A stretch of DNA of 64,000 nt from Planctomycetota bacterium. GTDB taxonomy: Bacteria; Planctomycetota; UBA8108; SXIK01. Location: positions 5,184,001 to 5,248,000 of the forward strand of contig CBDCXR010000004.1 in the NCBI GenBank assembly GCA_965223845.1, given 5' to 3'. The notes beneath the pieces are model-generated. The model had not been told where the DNA came from. It ran no database searches and saw only the letters and a program-made list of their open reading frames with translations. Position numbers and translations under genes: made by a program. Below, piece after piece: positions 19,107-29,957 of the stretch (its first letter is position 1; every line of letters starts with the position of its first letter).

Positions 19107-20723
19107 TCAGCACGAGATCTCTGCGTTCTTCCGGGCGTAGAACCACCAGTTCACTGCCAGGCAAGAGAGGTAGTAGCCCGCGAATCCGTAGAGCGCGTAC
19201 TGGGGTGTCCCCGCTTTGATCTGAGTCGCGAAGATTTTGGGGATCAGATAGGCACCGTAGGCCGCGATCGCGGAGGTCCACCCGAGCACGGGGCCGCGCT
19301 GGTCCTTGTCGAAAATCACGCCGATCATGCGGAACGTCGATCCGTTGCCGATTCCCGTGGTGGCGAAGAGCACGATGAACGTGAGCAGGAACGGAATGAA
19401 GTACTGCTGCGGCCGGTCGGACTCCATCGCGAGGGCACAGAAGTATCCCGCCGCGATGGTCGCAACGATCATGACGATCGTGTCCCAATGGGTGACCCGC
19501 GCGCCGCCGAGCTTGTCGGATAACCAACCTCCCAAGGGGCGGATCAGCGCGCCGACCCCCGCTCCGATGTAGATGTATCCCGCGCTCGAGAGGCCGGTGA
19601 GCTGGCCTGCATTCTCGCCGACGCGGTACTGGCCGAAGACGTCATCGATGAGCTTCGGGAAGGCATTCGCGTAGCCGATGAACGAACCGAACGTCATGAC
19701 GTAGAGCCACGTCATGATCCAGTTGTGCTTGTGCTTGAAGATTGCGAACTGCCCCTGGAGATTCGACTGCGTCTCCTTCGGCGTTAGGTAGCGCATCGCG
19801 AGCAGTGTGACCGCGACCGCGACGACGACGACGAGGAAGGTCTTCAAGAGAACCGGGAAGCCTCCCCACGGTAGGATGAGAAGGGCGATTCCAGAGACCG
19901 CCCCGAGGTAACCCAGCGCGGTCAACCACAGGAATTTCGCGCAGGCGATGGGAGTCGGACCACACTTGTGGAACGGCAAGTTGTCCATAAAGAAGAACGC
20001 GAGCACGAGGCAGGTGACGAGAATCGGCACCCAGACGAGTCCAGCGTTCTGGATCCACAGGTTGCTCGTCGCTCCCCCCTCAACCGTCACGTAGGGGTCG
20101 CCGCCGAGCTCGCCGAACAGCCCGAAGGTGATCACCCATGGAATGAGGAACTGCATGACGCTGACCCCGAGGTTGCCGAGGCCGGCGTTGAGTCCGAGCG
20201 CGAGCCCCTGCATCCGCTTCGGGTAGAAGAAGCTGATGTTGGACATCGACGAGGCGAATGCGCCGCCGCCCACTCCGGAGAGACCGGCGAGGATGATGAA
20301 GATATAGAAAGGCGTCTCGTGGTTCTGCAGCGCGAAACCAGCTCCGATTGCGGGCAGGATTAAGAGCAGCGTCGTCATGAACTTAACGTTCCGGCCGCCG
20401 CAGATCGCGATCATGAACGAGTTCGGGATCCTGAGTGTCGCACCCGCCAGACCGGCCACTGCGGGGAGCGTGAACAGGAGAGCCCGGTAGCCGTCGTTGT
20501 CGAACGGCTGCCCATCGTTCATGAAGGTGAAGTTGAAGAGATCTCCTTCGGAGGCGAAGTGGAGCTTCTGAATGTACTTGGCCACCATGCCCCAGTAGAT
20601 CCAGACGGAGAATCCCAGCAGGAGGTTGGGGATCGAGATCCACAGGTTCCGTTTGGCTACGGACTTACCCGTGCTCTCCCAAAACTGTTCGTTCTCAGGA
20701 TCCCAATGCTCGATGCGCGCCAT
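19107..20723 (-). CDS. narK: Nitrate/nitrite antiporter, NarK2-type
   Basis: WDPENEQFWE...RNLWISIP, FASSMSNISFFYP, AGLGNLG, YVMTFGSFIG, TGIGNGSTFRMI. Confidence 0.93.
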   Translation of the reverse strand: MARIEHWDPENEQFWESTGKSVAKRNLWISIPNLLLGFSVWIYWGMVAKYIQKLHFASEGDLFNFTFMNDGQPFDNDGYRALLFTLPAVAGLAGATLRIPNSFMIAICGGRNVKFMTTLLLILPAIGAGFALQNHETPFYIFIILAGLSGVGGGAFASSMSNISFFYPKRMQGLALGLNAGLGNLGVSVMQFLIPWVITFGLFGELGGDPYVTVEGGATSNLWIQNAGLVWVPILVTCLVLAFFFMDNLPFHKCGPTPIACAKFLWLTALGYLGAVSGIALLILPWGGFPVLLKTFLVVVVAVAVTLLAMRYLTPKETQSNLQGQFAIFKHKHNWIMTWLYVMTFGSFIGYANAFPKLIDDVFGQYRVGENAGQLTGLSSAGYIYIGAGVGALIRPLGGWLSDKLGGARVTHWDTIVMIVATIAAGYFCALAMESDRPQQYFIPFLLTFIVLFATTGIGNGSTFRMIGVIFDKDQRGPVLGWTSAIAAYGAYLIPKIFATQIKAGTPQYALYGFAGYYLSCLAVNWWFYARKNAEISC

Positions 20724-20935
20724 CGCGGGCTCCTCTATTCGACGGGCCGCGTGACGGACCGTCGCGACTGATCAGCTTCGCGGTCTCGATGAATGCCGAG
20801 AAGCATGGATATCCGGGCTTCCGCCGGGAGGGAGATACGGGACCGTTCACGCAGCGGTGTAGCCTTCCGGCCGCTGCCCAACACTGCGCTCCCCGCCGGA
20901 GACGCGAAGTCCCCGAATACGTTTGGGTGGTCGAG

Positions 20936-21697
20936 TCAGGAATCGGTCTTCCACGCCGCACTTCGGTTCGCCTCACTTTGCCGGATCTTCGTGCGATCCC
21001 AGTTCCAACGAACGACCTGCGCGCGCCTCCAGAGATACATGTTCGGAATGACGAGAATGTGAACGAGTCGCGTGAAGGGAAAGACTGCGATCAACAGGAA
21101 CGCGCACACGATGTGGATCTTTACCCACGGAGGCATCGACTCGACGTAGGAGATGTCCGGGCTCAGCTGCACGAGCGACCAGAGGTACGGACTCAGAGCG
21201 GCCGCAAACCAGGAAGAGCCCCAACCGACGAATACCGCGACGTAGATCCCGCTGAAAATCTGCAGAAGGAGGAGTCCGTACACGACCCAGTCGGCCTTGG
21301 TCGTCACGATCCGCAGTTTCGGATTCGTCCACTTCCGCACGATGATATTGATCAAGCCCACGAACGTGAGCAGGCCGAAGATGAGCGCGGCGATCTCGAG
21401 GATGTAGAGCCGCAGTGGCTCTTGGTTCCAAAGAAGCACTTGTCGCGGAATCAGGAACGCGATGACGTGCCCGAGGAGGATGACGAGGATTCCGTAGTGA
21501 AACGGAACCATGCCCCAGAAGTGGTGGCGATTCTCGAGGAACTGCGACGACAAGCTGGAGTAAGTAAACGACTGCATTCGGTAGCGCTGAATCGTCATGA
21601 GTATGAATATGACGAACGCCACATACGGCAGTACGGCGAACAAGACTTGGTCGAGATAGTGCAGTCCCTTTAGATCGAGGAAGGCTAGCCAGTTCAT
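20936..21697 (-). CDS. narI: Respiratory nitrate reductase gamma subunit (diheme b)
   Basis: SSLSSQFLE, FHYGIL...GH, KIH...FPFTRLVH: all four heme His present; ATG overlaps the narJ stop. Confidence 0.95.
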   Translation of the reverse strand: MNWLAFLDLKGLHYLDQVLFAVLPYVAFVIFILMTIQRYRMQSFTYSSLSSQFLENRHHFWGMVPFHYGILVILLGHVIAFLIPRQVLLWNQEPLRLYILEIAALIFGLLTFVGLINIIVRKWTNPKLRIVTTKADWVVYGLLLLQIFSGIYVAVFVGWGSSWFAAALSPYLWSLVQLSPDISYVESMPPWVKIHIVCAFLLIAVFPFTRLVHILVIPNMYLWRRAQVVRWNWDRTKIRQSEANRSAAWKTDS

Positions 21698-22317
21698 GCC
21701 GTGCCTCCGCATTGGCTCTGGCATCCGGGAGGCAGCACGTCCAACTCCCGGAAGTACGGTAATGCTTCCTTTCCTGCCGTCAGCTCCTCCTCGATGGAGA
21801 ACAGCTCACGGGCGACACGTTCCACCGCTTCGAAGACGCACGCGTAGGGACGGTCCTCGGGCATCTGCTTCTGCATCTTCGCGAGAGCCGGAAGCAGGTA
21901 GTCTCGGCAGAGTTGGCGAGCCTCCTCCTCGGCGAGGCGTCCGATGACCTGAAGCACGTGGCTGAGGTGGTCCGGAAGCTCGGCGGTTTCCGCCAGGCCG
22001 AGAGCTCGCATGTGACCTCGCATCTCCACCAGGAACGCGCCTCTGGTGTAGTTCTCGCCGTAGAGGTGCCAGCCGATCTCGAGTGCGCAGTCCGGGGAGA
22101 TGTCGAAGGTCCGCGTGTACGCCTCCTCGAGCGCGAACGGCTCGAGGGTATCGACGTGCTCGCGCAGCGGCCCGAGGGTCGTCTCGAGTCCCGCACACCA
22201 GCTCTCGAGATACGCGATCGCCTCTCGCACCCGTGCGGCGTAGTTCGCATTCGGGTAGGCGAGGAGCGACGCGAGGTCGTCGAACAGCGCGATTCGGTGT
22301 TCGGTGGTCAGAGTCAT
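21694..22317 (-). CDS. narJ: Nitrate reductase molybdenum cofactor assembly chaperone (delta)
   Basis: LLAYP, EEAYTRTFD, GENYTRG, ELPDHL. Confidence 0.92.
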   Translation of the reverse strand: MTLTTEHRIALFDDLASLLAYPNANYAARVREAIAYLESWCAGLETTLGPLREHVDTLEPFALEEAYTRTFDISPDCALEIGWHLYGENYTRGAFLVEMRGHMRALGLAETAELPDHLSHVLQVIGRLAEEEARQLCRDYLLPALAKMQKQMPEDRPYACVFEAVERVARELFSIEEELTAGKEALPYFRELDVLPPGCQSQCGGTA

Positions 22318-23807
22318 CAGAGACCTCGCTTCGGACCGGACACGAAGCCGAATCCGGCGCTCTGCCGGTGTTCGTGGGGATCCTTCATCATTTCCATGGC
22401 TTCCTCCCGGTGCGCCGGCGGGATCACGAAACGATCGTCGAAGGTGCAGAGAGAGGTGAGCTTGTAGATCGCATCGGCCTCTTCCGCCGAACAGTCCGCC
22501 AGTTGCAGAGCACGGGAGGCAGCCTCCTGATCCAAATCACCGACAGTCAGGGAGCGCCGGAAGGCTCGGACGGCCATCTGCTTGCGAAGGGCGTACGTGA
22601 CCTTGCCGATATTGCCGCCGCCGAAGAGATTGCCGAGAAAGGCCAGCGGCACGCGGGCTTCCTCGATCTCGTGGAAGAATTCGTCCGACACGCTGCCGAC
22701 CGTCTTGTCGCCTCGCTTCGACATCACGGGAAGAAGCGGAGGTACGTAGAAGAGCATCGGCAGGGTTCGGTATTCGATGTGCGGCGGAAGCGCGATCTTC
22801 CAGACCTTGACGAACTGGTAGACCGGCGAGTGTTGCGCCGACTCGATGACCGAGTCGTGAATGCCGTTTTGCCGCGCGGCCCGAATTACGGCCGGGTCGT
22901 GCGGATCGAGGATCATGTCCCGCTGCGCCTCGACGAGCTCGTCGTTCGGCATCTTCGCGATCTCTTCGATGCGATCGGCATCGTAGAGAAGTACGCCGAG
23001 GTATCGGATGCGCCCGACGCACGAGTGGAAGCAGGCTGGTGCCTGTCCGGTCTCGAGTCGAGGGAAGCAGAGGATGCATTTCTCCGACTTCCCCGTGAAC
23101 CAGTTGTAGTAGGTCTTCTTGTAGGGACAGGCGGCAACGCACGAGCGCCAGGCGCGACAGACCTTCTGGTCGATGAGCACGATGCCGTCCTCACCTCGCT
23201 TGTAGAGCGCACCCGAGGGGCACGACGCCACGCAAGATGGGTTCAGGCAGTGGTTGCAGATGCGGGGGAAGTAGAAGAAGACCAGCCGCTCGATGGCGAA
23301 GAGCTGCGCTCTTTCCTCGGGCGTCAAGGATTCGAGGTTGGGATCGTTCTCTGCGTAGACCGGAGAGCCACCGAGATCGTCGTCCCAGTTGGGCCCGGCC
23401 TCGATGTTCATGTACTCGCCGGTGATCTGCGAGATCGGCCGAGCCGTCGGCTGATCGTCTCCCTCCGGCGCGTTAAAGAGATCCTCGTACTTGTACGTCC
23501 AGGGCTCGTAGTACTCGTCGAGGCTCGGCTGCGAAGGATTGTGAAAAATATTGGGGACGACGCGCTTGCGGCTCGTCGAGCGCAGGCGAAGGCGGTCGCC
23601 GTCGGATTCCCAGCCGCCGCGGTACTTCTCCTGACTTTCCCACTGCGTCGGGAAACCCGTGCCCGGCTTCGTCTCGACGTTGTTCCACCACATGTACTCC
23701 GTGCCCTTTCGGTCGGTCCACACGTTCTTACAGGCGATGCTGCAGGTGTGGCACCCGATGCACTTGTCGAGGTGAAAGACCATCGATACTTGCGAGCGAA
23801 CGTCCAT
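22317..23807 (-). CDS. narH: Respiratory nitrate reductase beta subunit
   Basis: LDKCIGCHTCSIACK, WNNVETKPG, CNHCLNPSCVASCPSGA, CRAWRSCVAACPY, EKCILC. Confidence 0.98.
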   Translation of the reverse strand: MDVRSQVSMVFHLDKCIGCHTCSIACKNVWTDRKGTEYMWWNNVETKPGTGFPTQWESQEKYRGGWESDGDRLRLRSTSRKRVVPNIFHNPSQPSLDEYYEPWTYKYEDLFNAPEGDDQPTARPISQITGEYMNIEAGPNWDDDLGGSPVYAENDPNLESLTPEERAQLFAIERLVFFYFPRICNHCLNPSCVASCPSGALYKRGEDGIVLIDQKVCRAWRSCVAACPYKKTYYNWFTGKSEKCILCFPRLETGQAPACFHSCVGRIRYLGVLLYDADRIEEIAKMPNDELVEAQRDMILDPHDPAVIRAARQNGIHDSVIESAQHSPVYQFVKVWKIALPPHIEYRTLPMLFYVPPLLPVMSKRGDKTVGSVSDEFFHEIEEARVPLAFLGNLFGGGNIGKVTYALRKQMAVRAFRRSLTVGDLDQEAASRALQLADCSAEEADAIYKLTSLCTFDDRFVIPPAHREEAMEMMKDPHEHRQSAGFGFVSGPKRGL

Positions 23808-23823
23808 GCGGAACTTCCCTTCC

Positions 23824-26800
23824 TTACCACACGAGTTCTGGCAGCTTGCGGACGTAGATATGCGTGTCCCGGTTGCAGCCCGTGGGGCCCCAATAGTTGA
23901 AGTGATAGGTAAACTGCCCGTAGCCGCCGACCATCAGGTTCGGCTTGAGACGCGTTCGAGTCAGGCTGTTGTGTCCACCCGCTCGTCGGTAGTTCCGGAG
24001 TGGGGATTTCGGGACTCCGTACGTTCGCTCGGGCGAATGATAGATGATGCAGACGCCTCGAGGGATCCGCGCACTGACCGCCGCTCGAGTCACCACGACC
24101 CCGTGGTCGTTGTGCACCTCGACGTAGTCGTTGTCGTCGATGTCGAGCTCGGCCGCGTCCTTGTCGTTGATCCAGAACGGCTCGCAGCCGCGGGACAGCG
24201 TGGTCATCCGTTCGTTGTCGCCGTACGTCGAGTGGATGTGCCACTTGCCGTGCGGCGTGAGGTAGTTGAGCGTCTTTGTCGGTCCGCGTTCTTCTGAGAA
24301 GCGCAGGTCCGCGTACTCGGTGGGAAGCGGCTTCGGCTTGTAGGTCGGCAGGTGCTCGCCGAACTCCAAGTAGCCCGGGTGATCGAGATAGAGGTGCTGG
24401 CGGCCGGTGAGCGTCCTCCAGGGAACCAAAGTCTCCTTGTTGTAGGTGAACGGCGCGTACGCGCGCCCGTTCTCGATCAAGCCCGACCACATAGGGCTGT
24501 TGTTGAAGCGGAATGGAGAACCCTGAAGACCGTCGTAATCCACCGATCGGCTGCGCTGCTTCTCGGCGAGGTGCGCGAGCGGCACTCCGACCTTCTTCTC
24601 CATGTTCTTGTAAGAGCGGTAGGCGAGCTCACCGTTGGTGACGGTCGCGAGCCTCAGAATCGTGTTGCAGACCTCGACGTCCTTATGAATCGACGGATAC
24701 TTCTCGCCCGCAATCTCGACGGCGGGATGAATCTGAAACAGCTCTTCGTAGTAGTCCTTACATTCGTAGTGCGTACCGTGCGCTCCGAGACCGTTGTCCC
24801 GAATCTGAGGCCCGAGCGAGATGAACCGCTTGTAGAGGTTCACGTAGTCGCGCGTCATGACCTTGATGCCGGGCATCGTCTTCCCGGGAATCGCCTCGAT
24901 TTCGCCGCTAAACCAGTCCTTGATCTCGGGCTGAGCAATCTCGGCGGGAGTGTCGTGCGCGAGCGGTACGACGACGACATCCTTCACGGGCTCGGGGAAG
25001 TGGCGGGGTGCGAGCTCCGAGAACCTCTTGGCGATCGACCGGAAGATGTCCCAATCGCTCTTCGATTCCCAACAAGGCGGCACGGCCTGCGACAGCGGGT
25101 GGATGAAGCTGTGCATGTCCGTGGAATTGAGATCCGCCTTCTCGTACCACGTCGCGGCAGGGAGCACGATGTCGGAGTAGAGCGCCGACGTGTCCATGCG
25201 GAAGTTTAGGTCGACGACGAGGTCCATCTTTCCCTGCGGGGCGTGCTCGTGCCACGCGACCTCTTTCACCGAGTCCTGCGCGATGTCCTCGGCGACGTCG
25301 TTGTGGTGAGTACCCAGGTAGTGCTTGAGGAAATACTCGTGCCCCTTGCTGGACGACATCAGCGCATTGCCGCGCCAGATGTACCAGACGCGCGGCCAGT
25401 TCTCCTCGGAGTCGGGATCCTCGATCGAGAACTGGAGCGAGCGATCCTTGAGACGCTCCACCACGCGGGCAGCGATCTCGGCGTCAGTGGTCGCGCCGGA
25501 CTCGATGGCCTCGCGGGCGACTTCGAGGCTGTTCTCTTTGAACTGCGGATAGAACGGCAGCCAGCCGCTCCGGACGGCCCGCACTTGCACGTCCATCGTG
25601 TGGCCGTGGTTGAGGGCCCCCTTCTTGTCTGGGACGGTGTGGTAGTCCGTGAACTCTTTCTCGTATCTCCACTGGTCCGTGTGAACGTAGTGCCAACTCG
25701 GCGCGTTCTGCAGTCGCGATGCGGGGTGCCAGTCTTTCCCGAGTGCGATCGCCGCCCAAGGCTCCGCCGGCGCGAGCTTCTCCTGCCCGACGTAGTGCGC
25801 TAGTCCACCTCCGTTCACACCCACGCATCCGCAGAAAAGAAGCGCGTGGATTCCCGCTCGGTACATCAGATTGGCGTGGTACCAGTGGTTGATGCCGGCA
25901 CCGATGATGATCGTGCACTTACCGTTCGTGAACTCAGCGGTCGTGCCCCACTCCCGGGCGAACTGGATCAGATCCTTGCGATCGATTCCGGTGTAACGCT
26001 CCGCCCAGGCGGGGGTGTACGGTTTGGTCTCGTCGTCGTAGCTCTCGGGGTAGTCTCCGTCGAGTCCCCGCGGAACGCCGTACTGCGCGAGCAGAAGGTC
26101 GTAGACGGTGGCGACGACGACCGTCTTGCCGTCGGCGGTCTCGATGCGCCTCACCGGGACGTGCCGCTCGAGAGTCCGTCCCTCGCCGAAATCATCGAAG
26201 CGCACCGAGACGGTGCCCTCGCCGTCGTCGAGGAACGAAAGCTGCGGGTCGATCGCGCTGCCATCGATCTCGTCTTCGAGCTTGAGGTTCCACTTGCCGT
26301 GCGCTTCGCCCCAACGAGCGCCGACGCTTCCCTGCGGGACCTTGACGCGACCTTCGGCCTGATCCCACATGAGGAACTTCCACTCGCCATTCTCGAGATC
26401 CGCGTACGACTCGAGTCGCCCGGCGCGCAGCAGTTGCCCCGCTTCGTGAACCTTGCCCTCGCCAGACTCTTTCAGCTCGACGAGAAACGGTGAGTCCGTG
26501 AAGCGCTTCGCGTAGTCGAGGAAATAGGGGACCTGCTTCTCGCAGTGGAACTCTTTGAGGAGGACGTGGTTCACCGCCATCCACCACGCGCCATCCTGTC
26601 CCGCGTTGATCGATACCCAGTTGTCCGCGTACTTGGACACCTGGCTGAAGTCCGGCGAGAAGACCCACATCTTCGTGCCGTTGTGGCGCGCTTCGGCGGC
26701 GAAGTGGCAGTCCGGCGTGCGGGTCATGTTGAGGTTGGACCCCATCACGGCCAAGAGCTTCGCGTTGTACCAGTCGGCCGACTCGTTGACGTCCGTCTGC

Positions 26801-27468
26801 TCGCCCCAGGTCTCCGGCGACGCGTTCGGAAGATCGCAGTACCAATCGTAGAAGGAGAGCGAGATCCCCCCCATGAGCTGCATGAGCCGCGCTCCGGACG
26901 CGTAGCTCACCATCGACATCGCGGGAATCGGCGAGAATCCGGCGATGCGATCGGGGCCGTGCTTCTTCGTCGTGTGGAGATTGGCCGCGGCCATGATCTC
27001 GAGCACGGTGTCCCAGTCGGTTCTCCTCAGTCCTCCTTTCCCTCGCGCTCGCTGCCAGCGAGCGCGCGTCTCGGGGTTCTCGACCATCGAGGTCCACGCG
27101 TCGACCGGGTCATCGTGCTGCGCGCGGGCCGCGCGCCACGCATCGAGAAGCGCTCCGCGGATGTAGGGGTACTTGACGCGTAGAGGGCTGTAGAGGTACC
27201 AGGAGTACGAGATGCCTCGCTGGCAACCACGCGGCTCGTACGGAGGCAAGCCGTGCTCGAGCGACGGGTAGTCGAGACCTTGCATCTCCCACGTGACGAT
27301 GCCGTCCTTGACGTGGATCTGCCAAGTGCAGCTCCCCGTGCAGTTGACGCCGTGAGTCGAGCGCACGACCTTGTCGTACTGCCAGCGGTTGCGATAGAAC
27401 TCCTCCCATCCTCGACTCTTCGGGCTGACCTCGTCGTGGATCCAGGGGTTCTTCCCGTTCGAGCTCAT
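23824..27468 (-). CDS. narG: Respiratory nitrate reductase alpha subunit (cytoplasmic, no TAT signal)
   Basis: [55 protein letters not shown]; real start MSSNGK overlaps the narC stop. Confidence 0.98.
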   Translation of the reverse strand: MSSNGKNPWIHDEVSPKSRGWEEFYRNRWQYDKVVRSTHGVNCTGSCTWQIHVKDGIVTWEMQGLDYPSLEHGLPPYEPRGCQRGISYSWYLYSPLRVKYPYIRGALLDAWRAARAQHDDPVDAWTSMVENPETRARWQRARGKGGLRRTDWDTVLEIMAAANLHTTKKHGPDRIAGFSPIPAMSMVSYASGARLMQLMGGISLSFYDWYCDLPNASPETWGEQTDVNESADWYNAKLLAVMGSNLNMTRTPDCHFAAEARHNGTKMWVFSPDFSQVSKYADNWVSINAGQDGAWWMAVNHVLLKEFHCEKQVPYFLDYAKRFTDSPFLVELKESGEGKVHEAGQLLRAGRLESYADLENGEWKFLMWDQAEGRVKVPQGSVGARWGEAHGKWNLKLEDEIDGSAIDPQLSFLDDGEGTVSVRFDDFGEGRTLERHVPVRRIETADGKTVVVATVYDLLLAQYGVPRGLDGDYPESYDDETKPYTPAWAERYTGIDRKDLIQFAREWGTTAEFTNGKCTIIIGAGINHWYHANLMYRAGIHALLFCGCVGVNGGGLAHYVGQEKLAPAEPWAAIALGKDWHPASRLQNAPSWHYVHTDQWRYEKEFTDYHTVPDKKGALNHGHTMDVQVRAVRSGWLPFYPQFKENSLEVAREAIESGATTDAEIAARVVERLKDRSLQFSIEDPDSEENWPRVWYIWRGNALMSSSKGHEYFLKHYLGTHHNDVAEDIAQDSVKEVAWHEHAPQGKMDLVVDLNFRMDTSALYSDIVLPAATWYEKADLNSTDMHSFIHPLSQAVPPCWESKSDWDIFRSIAKRFSELAPRHFPEPVKDVVVVPLAHDTPAEIAQPEIKDWFSGEIEAIPGKTMPGIKVMTRDYVNLYKRFISLGPQIRDNGLGAHGTHYECKDYYEELFQIHPAVEIAGEKYPSIHKDVEVCNTILRLATVTNGELAYRSYKNMEKKVGVPLAHLAEKQRSRSVDYDGLQGSPFRFNNSPMWSGLIENGRAYAPFTYNKETLVPWRTLTGRQHLYLDHPGYLEFGEHLPTYKPKPLPTEYADLRFSEERGPTKTLNYLTPHGKWHIHSTYGDNERMTTLSRGCEPFWINDKDAAELDIDDNDYVEVHNDHGVVVTRAAVSARIPRGVCIIYHSPERTYGVPKSPLRNYRRAGGHNSLTRTRLKPNLMVGGYGQFTYHFNYWGPTGCNRDTHIYVRKLPELVW

Positions 27469-28334
27469 GACGTTACTTTCACCTTGGAGGTTGGAGCGAG
27501 CGTCTGGCGGACCGCGCGCAGTCGTCCGCGCCAGACTTGTCCCATGAGGAACAGTCCGGCGACGGTGCCCGCGAACGCGAGCAAGAGGAAAAGGAGCGTG
27601 CCCGACGAGTGTGTCTCCTCTTCGGTGCTCGCCCTCTCCTCGAAGTACGCCACGAGGGCGAGGATCTCCTCGGCCTCGAACGAGTGATCTTTGAACGTGG
27701 CCTGCATCATCGGAGTCGCCGGGGCGGACAGCCACGCGACGAGCCCTTTGCGCGCTTGAAGTCGCTCGTAGACCTTCGTCAGATCCGGGGCGAGGCGTCC
27801 GCCGCCCAGACCGCCGAGCCCGGAGATCGCGTGACAGGAGATGCACGCCGCGCCACCGTTGGCGAGAGGTGTCTGCCCCGTGAAGATGGTGCGTCCCCGT
27901 TCGACGTCCGCGGGCGTGAGGGGACGTTCGCTGACCTGCGTTCCGGCAAACTGGGACTCCTCGAGCTGGGACTCGGCCGCAATTAGATCGAGCAGCAGCT
28001 CGGCGCGCTCGGTCGTCATGCCGGGAAGGCCGGGCATCACCACGCCACGGTATTCGTCCTTCATCGCGAGGGCGTAGGCGTCACCGGAGTCGAGCACCGC
28101 CGCGGGGTCTTGAATGAAGCGGATGAGCCACGCTCGGTCCTTCCGCTCCTCCACGTTCTTGAGGTCGGGTCCGGTGATCCGTCCTCCGCCGATCGTGTGG
28201 CAGCTGGCGCAGTTCTTCTTGAAGTCCTCGATCACCGCGTCCTGCGCGGTGACCGCACCGGTCGCGGCGAAACACGACAGCAGGACGACGACGATCCGGT
28301 GTGGCTCGCGATTTCGTCGTGCTGATTCTTCCAT
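27465..28334 (-). CDS. narC: Diheme c-type cytochrome, periplasmic with C-terminal membrane anchor (NarC-like)
   Basis: Signal peptide, CASCH..GPDL, CISCH..APDL, C-terminal TM; first gene of the nar operon as in Thermus narCGHJIK. Confidence 0.8.
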   Translation of the reverse strand: MEESARRNREPHRIVVVLLSCFAATGAVTAQDAVIEDFKKNCASCHTIGGGRITGPDLKNVEERKDRAWLIRFIQDPAAVLDSGDAYALAMKDEYRGVVMPGLPGMTTERAELLLDLIAAESQLEESQFAGTQVSERPLTPADVERGRTIFTGQTPLANGGAACISCHAISGLGGLGGGRLAPDLTKVYERLQARKGLVAWLSAPATPMMQATFKDHSFEAEEILALVAYFEERASTEEETHSSGTLLFLLLAFAGTVAGLFLMGQVWRGRLRAVRQTLAPTSKVKVTS

Positions 28335-28369
28335 CGAACTCTCCTACTCAGGGTTCGACGGGCGCTCAT

Positions 28370-28385
28370 AGAGAATGCCGTGCCA
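28370..28385 (-). promoter_or_regulatory. sigma54-like -24/-12 promoter of the narC operon
   Basis: TGGCACG-GCAT-TCTCT, 36 bp before the narC ATG. Confidence 0.65.
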
Positions 28386-28541
28386 CGCGACGAGGGCGCG
28401 CGAGGTTGGCCGTAACTGACTTCGGTTTAGGCGTTTGTGGCGGTAGCCATACCGGGGTGCCAGCCCCCTGAGCGCGCCGTGTGTGCGTACCGCGGTTGGC
28501 GGCGGAGAGCCGTCGTCGACGCTAAGGAAGCGACGAGAACG

Positions 28542-28568
28542 GAGTTGCGTCCGCATACGGCAGTACGC
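28542..28568. promoter_or_regulatory. Putative enhancer (UAS) of the narC operon
   Basis: GAGTTGCGTCCGCATACGGCAGTACGC; 157 bp from the -24 T, the same offset as the copy at 10668. Confidence 0.7.
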
Positions 28569-28633
28569 AGTTCCCGGCGGAGGTCGCAGCACCGGGATGC
28601 GGTCCGGATGGGAGCGCGCTCACATTTAGCGCC

Positions 28634-29926
28634 TGTCCCCCAGCCCGAGATCTTTGCCTGAGAATTGAGCCCCCGAAGTAGAGGGATTCGCCGGACCTGA
28701 GAGGCGGCCGAGCCGCCAGAAAGGACCGGAGATGTCCCAGGCGATTCAGCACGAGGGAGAGTGGGAAGAGAGAACAGGCGAGCGCCGGACGGAACGCGAG
28801 GCCGGGGATCCCGCGACGAGGGAGGGTGAGAGCCTCGGAGGAAGCGAGACCCGGGACGCAGAGGAGGCGAGCGGAGTTACGACTCCGCGGGAGGATCTGG
28901 GTGGGCCCGAGCTCGACCCAGAGCTCGCCCCGGAGGCGGAGGGATCTGAGAGCACCGAAGCCGCCGAAGGCCCGGAACACCCGGCGCTCCCGTTCCCGCT
29001 TCCGCGGCTTGCCGCCCGCCGCCGGGGCGGTCGCCGTCTTGCGAAGCCGAAGGAACGCGTCGTCCTCACGGCCGAGCAGCGTCTCCTGTTGCTCGATACT
29101 TGGCGCCGGAGTGGTCTTCCTGCGCGCGACTTTTCTGCGTTCGTCGGCGTCTCTCGCCACACGCTCTACGCGTGGAAGCGTCGGTTCAAGGACCGCGGCC
29201 CCGCGGGGCTTGTCGACGAGCCGCGCGGTCGTCCTCGGGGGAGCCGTCTCTCGGAGATTACCAAGCGGACGATCGTGATGCTGAAGGAGGAACATCCAGA
29301 GTGGGGCTGCGAGCGGATCAGCGACACGCTCCTTCGCGGTCCCGCGCTCTCGGCCAGTCCGTCGGCGGTCGCTCGTGTTCTTCGCGAAGCGGGCTACGAG
29401 CTCGAGGAGTCCCGGAGTCGCGTTCACCGCGATCACCCTCGGCGCTTCGAGCGCGAGCGGGCGAACGAGCTCTGGCAAACGGATCTCTACGTTCGTCCTC
29501 AAGCGTCAGAACCGCCGGGTGTACCTCGTCGCCTTCCTCGACGACCACAGCCGCTTCATTGTGGGCTGGGGTCTTCGCAGCTCGCAGTCGACGGATCTCG
29601 TCATGGAAACTCTGCGCTCGGCGATCGTGAACTACCGCACGCCGCGGGAGATCCTCACCGACAACGGCAGCCAATACGTCACGTGGCGCGGGAAGAGCCA
29701 GTTCGCCCGAGAGCTCGAGCGCCGCGGGGTGAAGCAGATCGTGGCGACGCCGCGGCGACCGCAGACGCTCGGGAAGATCGAGCGGTTTTGGGGAAGTCGT
29801 TGGCGCGAGTGTCTCGAAGTCGCGTTGTTCGTCGATCTCGAAGACGCTCGAAGACGTCTCGGGCACTACATCGACCACTACAACTTCCAGCGTCCGCACC
29901 AAGGGATCGGTGGACTCGTTCCCTGA
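28634..29926 (+). mobile_element. Truncated IS481-like insertion sequence
   Basis: Possible TGT left end at 28634; HTH plus rve/DDE transposase; no matching right end seen. Confidence 0.7.
28732..29926 (+). pseudogene. IS481-like DDE transposase, frameshifted near 29489 and 3'-truncated
   Basis: Frame 1 runs to NELWQTDL; continuation TFVLKRQNRRVYLVAFLDDHSRF...LTDNGSQY...GKIERF...YNFQRPHQGIGGLVP* is in another frame. Confidence 0.85.
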
Positions 29927-29957
29927 AAGGGCGCAGTTTTCGGCAAGGATTAGCTAG

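Noticed and set aside
27469-27846. N-terminal extension of NarG (1340-aa ORF) containing RR pairs that could be read as a TAT signal
   Set aside because: It overlaps narC in another frame. The ATG at 27468 overlaps the narC stop and gives a normal NarG N-terminus, so there is no evidence for a periplasmic Nar/NXR.
29480-29500. Possible programmed frameshift in the transposase
   Set aside because: No slippery A-run is present, the shift falls in the catalytic core next to the first Asp, and the gene is also truncated; better explained as decay or error.
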